A program made the position numbers and the translations under genes. Shown here piece after piece: positions 1 to 7,775 of a stretch of DNA of 32,000 bases; positions within the stretch are counted from its first letter, which is position 1, and every line of letters starts with the position of its first letter. The DNA comes from Ktedonobacterales bacterium (GTDB lineage: Bacteria; Chloroflexota; Ktedonobacteria; Ktedonobacterales; JADMIN01), in the NCBI GenBank assembly GCA_030167145.1, contig CP126532.1, positions 2,910,001 through 2,942,000 on the forward strand. The letters are read 5' to 3'. The notes under the pieces are model-generated. The model saw nothing but the letters and a program-made list of their open reading frames with translations, searched no databases and had not been told where the DNA came from.

Positions 1-251
1 GGGTTCCCGTGATCCCTGATTTGGTGGCGGAGGTGGTATCGAACGGCGACCGGAGCAAGGATGTGGCCGAGAAGGTGCAGATGTGGCTGGAAGTGGGCGT
101 GCGGCTGGTGCTGGTCGCGCGCCCGCCAGAGCGCGTCATCGAGGTGCATCGCCCAAACGAGCCAGTGCTGACACTGCACGACGGTGACACGCTGGAAGGC
201 TATGCTATTTTGCCCAGCTTTGCTGCTCCTGTCGCCAGCTTCTTCGGCTAG
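1..251 (+). CDS. Uma2-family (DUF820, restriction-endonuclease-like) protein, C-terminal fragment; 5' end lies outside the window
   Basis: The frame is open from the window edge; the ORF-track start at 9 is an internal GTG. The segment IPDLVAEVVS..D..K...W...GV.LVLV..P..R.IEVH matches the PD-(D/E)xK core and C-terminal pattern I recall for Uma2 proteins. Confidence 0.6.
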   Translation, partial: VPVIPDLVAEVVSNGDRSKDVAEKVQMWLEVGVRLVLVARPPERVIEVHRPNEPVLTLHDGDTLEGYAILPSFAAPVASFFG

Positions 252-377
252 CTGGCCACCGCGAACATGTCCCCTCCTATGCCGCACCCATGCCTGTAGC
301 CCTCGCTCGCGGCAGACCTCATGTGGCCACGCGCCCAACCTGGACGGTAACACGGGCGTACATATAGCACACTGCGG

Positions 378-406
378 TTGACGGCATGCGCTATGGCATG
401 TAAAAT
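378..406 (+). promoter_or_regulatory. sigma70-type promoter: TTGACG, 17-nt spacer, TAAAAT
   Basis: TTGACG at 378-383, a 17-nt spacer, and TAAAAT at 401-406. It sits about 90 nt upstream of the ATG at 499, which has a GGAGGAG Shine-Dalgarno sequence. Confidence 0.45.
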
Positions 407-498
407 GCTTCGTGTTGCGATATATATGGCGCGCGTGGCTTCGCGGACGGCGTGTATTGGCTGATACGGGCTGATGCGGAAGAAGGCGGAGGAGTACG

Positions 499-1158
499 AT
501 GGCATCCCAGCGCACCGACCACCCATCCAAACGAGACGCCGGGGCAGTCGCCGCGCCACACCGCCGCTACTCCCTGACCCGCGACGTGGTTCGCGGCGCG
601 GTCTGGGGCGACTTCGCCCTTGACAAAAAACTGCCCGGCACGCTGACGCAGATCATCCTCGGCTATGTGCCCGTGCTTGGCACGCTTGGCGCGTTGCGCG
701 ATGCCTTCGCCGACTGGCGCACCCGCGATCCGCTGGGTGTGGCGCTGAACCTGCTCGCCGTCTTTCCCATCGCGGGTGGCATCCCCAAGACCATCGAGGT
801 GCTGCATAGCGCGCACCGGCTACACCACTCGCTTACCCATCCGCAGCCACAATCGGTTCCCGCCACGCACTGGGGCGACCGGGCAATAGGCTGCGTGCTC
901 TCGCTGATTTTGCCAGTGGCGGGGCTGCTCTACGGGCTGGGTGTGCAGCGGATGACGGCGGCGCTGCGCGCGAACGACGGCGCCATTGCCGCGTTTACGC
1001 TGCCAGGAAACGTTCTGCCGTGGGCGCCATGGATCTTGCTTGTCATCGGATTCTTCCTCGGCGTGGTTCTCAGTGTGCGCTCGCACTCCTGGCTGGGCCT
1101 CTTCTTCCTGCCGGCGGCGCTTGTGTTGGGATTCACGCTGCTCGCGGCAGTGGCCTAG
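499..1158 (+). CDS. hypothetical integral membrane protein (about 4 predicted TM segments)
   Basis: ATG preceded by GGCGGAGGAG. There are hydrophobic helices (ILGYVPVLGTLGAL, LLAVFPIAGG, CVLSLILPVAGLLYGL, WILLVIGFFLGVVL, LFFLPAALVLGFTLLAAVA). I recognise no family. Confidence 0.6.
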   Translation: MASQRTDHPSKRDAGAVAAPHRRYSLTRDVVRGAVWGDFALDKKLPGTLTQIILGYVPVLGTLGALRDAFADWRTRDPLGVALNLLAVFPIAGGIPKTIEVLHSAHRLHHSLTHPQPQSVPATHWGDRAIGCVLSLILPVAGLLYGLGVQRMTAALRANDGAIAAFTLPGNVLPWAPWILLVIGFFLGVVLSVRSHSWLGLFFLPAALVLGFTLLAAVA

Positions 1159-1705
1159 CGCTAGCATGTGGGCATGAGACGTATCCACAAGGCGTATCGG
1201 GAAGGAATGTCGCGGGGCGAGTGTGTTTCCACCGCATGCGGGCTTGCAGTATTTCCAACCGATGGGTGCGAACGAGGGCATAGATTGTGCAAGCATTTGG
1301 CCGCGATAGTTCTTCCTTCTCGTGGGGCTATTTTCGTATACGAGGCGTGTGCTCCTCTCCCTGGATTTTTGGCGTGCGTTCCGTTCCCCTTGTTCCGTTC
1401 CTTCATCCTATCTATACGGCAGAGAGTGCGTTTTCGTAGATTGCTCGCTGGAGCCTGCCGCTGGCGCTGGTATGGCGCGAAAGCCAGATGGCAAGCCAGA
1501 GAACACGCCTGTTCTTATCGCGGCATTCCCGTGTCATCATGTCGTGGGCCGAACCTCCTGTTTGCGCGACGTAGCCTTCTCGAGAGCATACATGAGACGC
1601 CTGGACGGCGTTCGCTAGAGATAGCGGGCAAACATCGCAGGGCGTCTGCTCGGCTGTGCCGCGTCAGGATGCGATAGGGCGCGCTTCCACTCGCACCTGG
1701 CAGCA

Positions 1706-1730
1706 CCCGAAGGGAGCGTTCGGGGTTTTT
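1706..1730 (+). terminator. terminator-like hairpin with a T-run, just upstream of the response-regulator gene
   Basis: CCCGAA (1706-1711), loop GGGAGCG, TTCGGG (1719-1724), then G TTTTT (1726-1730). It lies at the end of a ~600-bp stretch with no credible ORF. Confidence 0.4.
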
Positions 1731-1768
1731 GGTGGGGGAAGGCTCCCCCGCGCGAAGGGAAACCGTTG

Positions 1769-2404
1769 ATGGCGATTCGCGTGCTGATTGTGGACGACCA
1801 TAGCGTGGTGCGTGAAGGGCTGCGCATGTTCATTGCCCGCGACCCGGACCTGGAGGTGGTGGGGGAGGCGGCGGGCGGGGCCGAAGCAATTCAGCAAGCC
1901 AGACTCTTGCGGCCCAATGTGGTGGTCATGGATCTGCTCATGCCCGCCCCAGATGGGATAGCCGCGACCCGGACGATTCGTAGCGAGTTGCCGGAGACCG
2001 AGGTGATCGCGCTCACCAGCGTGCTGGAGAGCACTTCGATGATCGAGGCCATACGTGCCGGAGCGATTGGCTATCTGCTGAAGGATGCTCATGCCGACGA
2101 ACTGCGCACAGCCATCAAGGGTGCCGCCGCGGGGCAGGTGCAACTCTCTCCCCAGGCGTCCGCCTATTTGCTGGGCGCGGTCCGTACGCCAGACCATGCG
2201 GAACCTCTGACCCCGCGTGAATTGGACGTGCTTCGCCTGCTTGCGCGTGGCCACTCGAATAAGGAAATCGCCCACATGTTGCATCTGGTCGAGGAGACCG
2301 TCAAATCCCATGTGAGCCATATTCTGGGCAAGCTTGGTGTCCAGAGCCGTACCCAAGCCGCTCTCGCGGCGATCCGGTTGGGAATCGTCTCTCCCCAACC
2401 GTGA
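1769..2404 (+). CDS. response regulator, NarL/FixJ (LuxR-type HTH) family
   Basis: Receiver motifs (LIVDDH, VVVMDLLMP, ALTS, YLLKD) plus a C-terminal LuxR HTH (LTPRELDVLRLLARGHSNKEIA..L..S..TVKSHVSHILGKLGV.SRTQA). ATG at 1769; the track start at 1766 is TTG. SD GAAGGGA lies 7 nt upstream. Confidence 0.92.
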   Translation: MAIRVLIVDDHSVVREGLRMFIARDPDLEVVGEAAGGAEAIQQARLLRPNVVVMDLLMPAPDGIAATRTIRSELPETEVIALTSVLESTSMIEAIRAGAIGYLLKDAHADELRTAIKGAAAGQVQLSPQASAYLLGAVRTPDHAEPLTPRELDVLRLLARGHSNKEIAHMLHLVEETVKSHVSHILGKLGVQSRTQAALAAIRLGIVSPQP

Positions 2405-2426
2405 GCGCGAAAGGAGATGCTGGACC

Positions 2427-3524
2427 ATGCATACATCACGCCAGGATGGCAATGCGAAGTGGGGCCAACGTCTCATCGTGTGGCCGGCGCGAACAGCGCC
2501 GCCATGGCGGCGCATCATCATTGATAGCATGCTGGCTATAGCAGGTGTCACCCTGGTGACGCTCATCATCGCTACCGCGCACCTCTACCCGCGCCTGCCG
2601 AGCAGTGTGTTGTGCTATCTGCTGGTGATCGTCATGCTGGCTAGTCTGCTGGGAAACTATGCGGCCATTCTGGCATCGCTGCTGGCAAGTTTCGCCTTTG
2701 ACTTCTTCCTGGCGCCTTTGCCTGAACCATACATGTTTGCTGAGCTGGACGACGTGCTTGATCCAGCGATTTTTCTGGCAACAGCCATCGTGACAGGGCA
2801 ATTAACCGCAGTGTTGCGCAAACATACTGAGCAGGCCAGGCGGAGAGAGCGCGAAACGCGCCTCCTCGCCGAGCAAGCGCAAGAACTCGCCGCGCTCCAC
2901 GAGCGCCAGCGCATTGCTCGCGAGCTACACGATTCAGTCTCGCAGGCGCTGTATGGCATCAGCCTGGGCGCGCAGACCGCCCGTGATGCCCTCAACCGTG
3001 ACCCAGCGGATGTGGCCACCCCGCTCGACTATGTAATCGCGCTGGCCGAGGCGGGCATGGCCGACATGCGCGCCCTGATCTTTGAGCTGCGCCCCGAATC
3101 GCTCGCCAGCGAAGGGATCGTCGCGGCCCTGAACAAACAGGTGGCGGTCTTGCGTACCCATTACAAACTGGAGGTTGACGCCCAACTCGGCGAGGAGCCG
3201 AACATCGCGCTGGAGTGTAAACAGGCGCTCTATCGTATCGCCCAGGAGACGCTGCACAACATCGTCAAGCATGCCTGCGCGCACACCGTTCTCCTGCGCC
3301 TGAGCATGCGCGATGACGCGCTGCTCTTAGAAGTCTGCGACGATGGCAAAGGCTTTGACCCCACCGAGCCGTTCCCTGGCCATCTCGGCATCCGTTCGAT
3401 ACAAGAGCGCACCGCCTCGCTGGATGGCGTCTGCTCTATCGAGAGCGCTCCAGCGCAGGGGACGTGTCTGCGCGTACATATTCCCGCTCACAGTGTGGCT
3501 GGGCTGAGCGGCAAGCACATCTGA
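2427..3524 (+). CDS. sensor histidine kinase: DUF4118-like membrane domain, HisKA_3 and HATPase_c
   Basis: ATG at 2427 follows AAGGAGA (2411-2417). KdpD-type DUF4118-like TM bundle, H-box ERQRIARELHDSVSQAL, N-box HNIVKHA, and G-boxes DDGKGF / GHLGIRSIQER. Adjacent to the NarL-type regulator. Confidence 0.9.
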   Translation: MHTSRQDGNAKWGQRLIVWPARTAPPWRRIIIDSMLAIAGVTLVTLIIATAHLYPRLPSSVLCYLLVIVMLASLLGNYAAILASLLASFAFDFFLAPLPEPYMFAELDDVLDPAIFLATAIVTGQLTAVLRKHTEQARRRERETRLLAEQAQELAALHERQRIARELHDSVSQALYGISLGAQTARDALNRDPADVATPLDYVIALAEAGMADMRALIFELRPESLASEGIVAALNKQVAVLRTHYKLEVDAQLGEEPNIALECKQALYRIAQETLHNIVKHACAHTVLLRLSMRDDALLLEVCDDGKGFDPTEPFPGHLGIRSIQERTASLDGVCSIESAPAQGTCLRVHIPAHSVAGLSGKHI

Positions 3525-4025
3525 GCGACGGCCCCTTCTCTCCCCCTTTCGAGTGAGATCCCCATCCCCCCAAGGTGTGAACCAGAATCCACCCAATGCG
3601 GGTAGCCTTGTGCCCGTGTGCTCTCTATGCTTGTGAAGAATCCCACGAGACCATGATTGAGCATCGGAGTAGCGTTCGCGGCCCGGCTGGGCCGCGCATG
3701 AAGCACGCGAGTTGAGCGTTGTGTCCCCTGTCGCGCGAGTGCAATGCACGCTGAACGCATGCTGGTAGTGATGTGCTCCATTTGAAGCCAGGAAGCTTTT
3801 AGGAGTCGTACCTCACGCCCATGGCGTCCACGGATGAAGACCGAAATGGTGGGTGGCGGCGCCGTATCTGGGCGTGGGGCCTTACGAGAGCAATCCCCCG
3901 ATTGAAACCGGGGTGCTTGACCAATCTTCCAAACGATGCCGCGCACGCGCCAGCGAGCGGGATGCGCAGTCAGACCCTCTACGCGCGGGCACGCAAGGGC
4001 ACAAGGCGAGGGGAGGAGTCACACG

Positions 4026-7000
4026 ATGATACGTTGGATTGTTGGCTGGAGCCTGAAATTCCGCTTCTTCGTGGTGGCGCTGGCGCTGGCGACGCTGCTC
4101 GTCGGCATCGTGCAGGTGCGCGCCATGCCAGTGGATGCCCTCCCAGAGTTCGCGCCGCCCTACGTGGAAGTGCAGACCGAAGCGCTCGGCCTTTCCGCCT
4201 CTGAAGTGGAGGAGTTGATTACCCTCAACCTGGAGGAACTGCTCAACGGGACACCGTGGCTGGACTCAATCCGCTCCACCTCGGTGCCTGGGCTTTCCTC
4301 CATCATCCTCTATTTCCAACCCGGAACCGATGTCATCCGCGCACGGCAATTAATAGCCGAGCGCCTGAGTCTGGCGTATACGCTGCCCAATGTGGCGAAA
4401 CCGCCGGTCATCCTCCAGCCGGTGTCGGCGACGAGCCGGGTGATGATGGTGGGGCTGTCCTCAAAGACGGTCTCGCCCATCGAGATGTCGGTGCTGACCC
4501 GCTGGAACATCCGGCCCGCACTGCTCTCGGTGCCGGGCGTGGCAAATGTCGCGATTTGGGGCATGCGCGACCGCCAGTTGCAGGTGCAGGTTGACCCCGC
4601 GAAGCTGGCCGCCCACAACGTTACGCTCGATCAAATCGTCGCCACCACCGGCAATGCCTTGTGGGTATCGCAACTCAGCTTCCTGAACGCCTCCACACCG
4701 GGCAGCGGCGGCTGGATTGATACCCCACAGCAGCGGCTCGAAGTCCGGCATATCCTACCCATCTCCACACCAGACGATCTGGCGCAGGTGATCGTCGAAG
4801 ACACGCAGTTACGCCTGGGCGATGTGGTCACGGTCGTGGAAGATCATCAGCCGCTGATTGGCGACGACATCCAAAGCAGCGACGCTGGCCCATTGCTCGT
4901 CATCGAGAAATTCCCCGGCGCGAACCCCGTGGACGTGACACGGGGCGTCGAAGACAAGTTAGCGGAGCTAGAGCCTGGCCTGAGCGGCATCAAGATGGAT
5001 ACGCGCATCTTCCGGCAGGCGAACTTCGTCGAGATGGCCCTGAGCAACTTCGCCAATGCGCTGCTCATCGGCTTGCTGTTGCTGGTGCTGGCGCTGTTCT
5101 TCTTGTTCTACCACTGGCGCGCCGCGTTGATCAGCCTGGTGGCGATACCGCTTTCGGTGGTGGCGGCGGGGCTGGTTCTGGCCCTGCGCGGGACAACCAT
5201 CAACGTGATGATCCTGGCAGGGCTGGTGATCGCCATCGCGGTGCTGGTGGACGACGCCATCGTGGATGTGGAGAACATCATGCGGCGGCTGCGGCAGCAG
5301 CGCGCGGCGGGCAGCGACAGGTCTACCGCCAGCATCATCCTCGAAGCCATGCAGGAGACGCGCGGGGTGATGCTCTATGCGACGCTGATCGTGCTACTGC
5401 CTCTGGCGCCGATCATCTTCCTGGGCGGCGTGACGGGCGCTTTCTTCCAGCCGCTCGCGCTCACCTACGCGCTGGCGCTGCTGACCTCACTGATGGTGGC
5501 GCTGACCCTGACGCCCGCGCTCTGCCTGATTCTGTTCGCCAAATCGCCGCTCGAAAGCTATGAGTCGCCACCGCTGCGCTGGCTCCAGCGGGGCTACTAC
5601 GCGGTCATCCGGCGGATAATCCACATACCGCGTCCAGGTATCCTTGCCTCCGGCGTCATTGCGGTTGGCGTGCTGGCGCTGGCGGGCCTCGCGGTATTGC
5701 CTTTCCTCGGCAAGCCGCTGCTGCCAGCGTTCAAGGAGCCGGACATCATCGTCCAGTGGGAGGGAGCGCCCGGTACGTCCTATCCAGAAATGGCCCGCAT
5801 TACCACTCGTGTCAGTCGCGAACTGCGCGCCATCCCAGGAGTGCATAACGTGGGTGCGCATATCGGGCGCGCGATACTGGGCGATCAGATCGTGGATGTC
5901 AACTCCGCACAACTTGCGGTCAGCGTGGAGCCGGGCACGAACTACGATGCGACAGTGCGGGCAGTCGAGCGCGTGGTCAAGGGCTATCCGGGCCTGTTCC
6001 GCGAGGTGCAAACCTACCTGGACGAGCGCACCAAACAGGTGTTGACGGGATCGAGCGACGATATCGTGGTACGCATCTATGGCCCCGATCTGGGCGTCTT
6101 GCGCGGCAAAGCGGCGGAGGTGCAGCACGCCCTTGCCCAGATTGACGGCGCCTCCGGGGTGCATGCGGAATTGCAGACGGAGGTGCCGCAGGTGCAGGTC
6201 AGGGTGAAGCTCGCCGAAGCGCAACGCTATGGCCTCAAGCCAGGCGATGTACGCCGGTCGGCGGCCACGCTGGTGGCGGGCATCGAAGCCGGGAGCCTCT
6301 TCGAGGAGCAGAAGGTATTCGATGTGGTAGTGAAGGGCACTGCCCCAACATACAGCAGCCTGACGAGTATTCGCGAGATGCTGATAGACACACCCGACGG
6401 CGGCCATGTGCGCCTGGGGGATGTCGCCGATGTGAGCATCCTGCCATCCCCGAACTTGATCCGCCACCAGACCGTCTCGCGGCGCATTGACGTGGGGCTG
6501 AATGTCCGCGGGCGCGACACGGGCGCGGTGGTCCGCGAGATCAACGAGCGACTGAGCCGTATCACGTTCCCGCTGGAATATCGCGCGCAAGTGCTCGGCG
6601 AATACGCCGAACGGCAAGCGGCGCAGGGGCGTTTGTTCGCCTTTGGCCTCGCGGCGGCGATCATCGTCTTCCTGTTGTTGCAGGCAGCCTTCGGGAGCTG
6701 GCGGCTGGCGACGCTGATCTTCTTCACGCTGCCCTTCGCCCTGGTAGGCGGTGTGCTGGCCGCGTTTGCCATTGGCGGCGTCATCTCGCTGGCCGCGGTG
6801 CTGGGCTTGCTAGCGGTGTTCGCCATTGCCGCCCGCAACGGCATGCTGCTGATTAACCACTATCAGCATCTCGAACGCGAAGAAGGGATGACATTTGGCC
6901 CCGAATTGGTGATGCGCGGCGCGCGTGAGCGGCTAGGACCGATCCTGATAACGGCGCTGGCGGCGAGCCTCGCGCTGGCGCCGCTGGCTATCGCCGGCAA

Positions 7001-7235
7001 CAGCCCCGGATACGAGATCGCCTTCCCGATGGCGGTGGTGATCCTGGGCGGGCTGATTACTTCGACGGCGCTCAACCTGTTTATTGTCCCCATCCTCTAT
7101 TTGCGCTTCGGGCGTGGCGCATCCACACCCGGCACAGCGGGACGATGGAGCCGCTTCAGGAGACGTGAAGCGTCCGCGCCTTCTGGCCCGCCAGCGGACG
7201 CCCCCGAAATGCCGCTTTCCGAGCCAGCCACGTGA
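4026..7235 (+). CDS. efflux RND transporter permease subunit, CzcA/CusA-like (paralog 1)
   Basis: ATG at 4026 follows GGGGAGGAG. N-terminus MIRWIVGWSLKFRF, TM4 motif VLVDDAIVDVEN, and a C-terminal region NGMLLINHYQHLEREEG...RERLGPILITALA...GGLITSTALNLFIVP typical of heavy-metal-efflux RND pumps. About 1069 aa with 12-TM architecture. Confidence 0.92.
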   Translation: MIRWIVGWSLKFRFFVVALALATLLVGIVQVRAMPVDALPEFAPPYVEVQTEALGLSASEVEELITLNLEELLNGTPWLDSIRSTSVPGLSSIILYFQPGTDVIRARQLIAERLSLAYTLPNVAKPPVILQPVSATSRVMMVGLSSKTVSPIEMSVLTRWNIRPALLSVPGVANVAIWGMRDRQLQVQVDPAKLAAHNVTLDQIVATTGNALWVSQLSFLNASTPGSGGWIDTPQQRLEVRHILPISTPDDLAQVIVEDTQLRLGDVVTVVEDHQPLIGDDIQSSDAGPLLVIEKFPGANPVDVTRGVEDKLAELEPGLSGIKMDTRIFRQANFVEMALSNFANALLIGLLLLVLALFFLFYHWRAALISLVAIPLSVVAAGLVLALRGTTINVMILAGLVIAIAVLVDDAIVDVENIMRRLRQQRAAGSDRSTASIILEAMQETRGVMLYATLIVLLPLAPIIFLGGVTGAFFQPLALTYALALLTSLMVALTLTPALCLILFAKSPLESYESPPLRWLQRGYYAVIRRIIHIPRPGILASGVIAVGVLALAGLAVLPFLGKPLLPAFKEPDIIVQWEGAPGTSYPEMARITTRVSRELRAIPGVHNVGAHIGRAILGDQIVDVNSAQLAVSVEPGTNYDATVRAVERVVKGYPGLFREVQTYLDERTKQVLTGSSDDIVVRIYGPDLGVLRGKAAEVQHALAQIDGASGVHAELQTEVPQVQVRVKLAEAQRYGLKPGDVRRSAATLVAGIEAGSLFEEQKVFDVVVKGTAPTYSSLTSIREMLIDTPDGGHVRLGDVADVSILPSPNLIRHQTVSRRIDVGLNVRGRDTGAVVREINERLSRITFPLEYRAQVLGEYAERQAAQGRLFAFGLAAAIIVFLLLQAAFGSWRLATLIFFTLPFALVGGVLAAFAIGGVISLAAVLGLLAVFAIAARNGMLLINHYQHLEREEGMTFGPELVMRGARERLGPILITALAASLALAPLAIAGNSPGYEIAFPMAVVILGGLITSTALNLFIVPILYLRFGRGASTPGTAGRWSRFRRREASAPSGPPADAPEMPLSEPAT

Positions 7236-7298
7236 TCCGCATCCGTAACTCGCGCCAGGTAGCTAACCCTGGACCCGATATGACGAGGAGGAAGCCAG

Positions 7299-7754
7299 AT
7301 GCGACACTTTGGACACCCTGTTCGCTGGGCGATACTGCTGCTGTTCATCATCGCCGGCCTGCAACTTGTAGCGTGTGGGCAGCCCTCCACCACAGCCAGC
7401 GGGGGCGAAGAACCAGCCAAGGTCGATCCGGTCGCGGGGACGGATCTCAGCCGCGTGATCGTGACCGAAGAAGCGGCGAAACGGCTCGACATCCAGACGG
7501 CCACTGTGCATGACGCGCAGATGCGCGGGACACTGCGCTTGGTGGCGCCCTACTCCGCCGTGCTCTACGACATGAATGGCGCAACCTGGGTCTATACCAA
7601 TCCTTCGCCGCTCACCTTCGTGCGCGAGAGCATCACGGTTGAGTATATCGAAGGCGATCTGGCGGTGCTTGCCGCAGGCCCACCCGCAGGAACCGTCGTG
7701 GTGACGGTCGCGGGGCCTGAACTCTACGGTATCGAGGCTGGGGTTGGCGAATGA
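7299..7754 (+). CDS. small lipoprotein; candidate minimal periplasmic adaptor (MFP membrane-proximal-domain-only)
   Basis: ATG follows GAGGAGGA. Signal peptide with lipobox LVAC-G. The mature part carries an MFP-like N-terminal strand (VIVTEEAAKRLDIQTATV) fused directly to an MFP-like C-terminal module (LRLVAPYSAVLYDMNGATWVYT..FVRESITVEY..GDLAVLAAGPPAGTVVVTVAGPELY). Its stop lies 21 nt before the start of the next RND gene. Confidence 0.75.
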   Translation: MRHFGHPVRWAILLLFIIAGLQLVACGQPSTTASGGEEPAKVDPVAGTDLSRVIVTEEAAKRLDIQTATVHDAQMRGTLRLVAPYSAVLYDMNGATWVYTNPSPLTFVRESITVEYIEGDLAVLAAGPPAGTVVVTVAGPELYGIEAGVGE

Positions 7755-7775
7755 TGGCGCAAGGAGGTGGTAGCC

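Noticed and set aside
1168-1677. 169-aa ORF, and the 98-aa ORF 1322..1618, in the gap before the response regulator.
   Set aside because: The composition is Cys/Arg-rich and there is no SD or recognisable motif. I treat the region as non-coding; see the finding on the leader.
3936-4025. N-terminal extensions offered by the ORF track: 3936, 2334, 11199, 15025, 17419, 20531..21238, 25221, 27856, 29382..30683, 30750, 7767, 1766.
   Set aside because: The extensions are Arg-rich and non-homologous to the families. Several begin at GTG/TTG inside a Shine-Dalgarno sequence or inside the upstream gene or operator. Internal ATGs with good SD spacing align with the canonical family N-termini.
5487-6617. 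Long antisense ORFs opposite real genes: 5487..6617(-), 9579..11006(-), 1664..2569(-), 16504..17301(-), 17380..18252(-), 21389..22480(+), 22713..23756(+), 26427..27839(-), 25263..26267(-), 11085..11840(-).
   Set aside because: These are typical high-GC shadow ORFs. They are Arg/His/Gln/Pro-rich with no recognisable motifs. Each lies fully opposite a gene with unmistakable family signatures (RND, RR, hydrolase, methyltransferase, recA, DinB-like, ATPase, murG).
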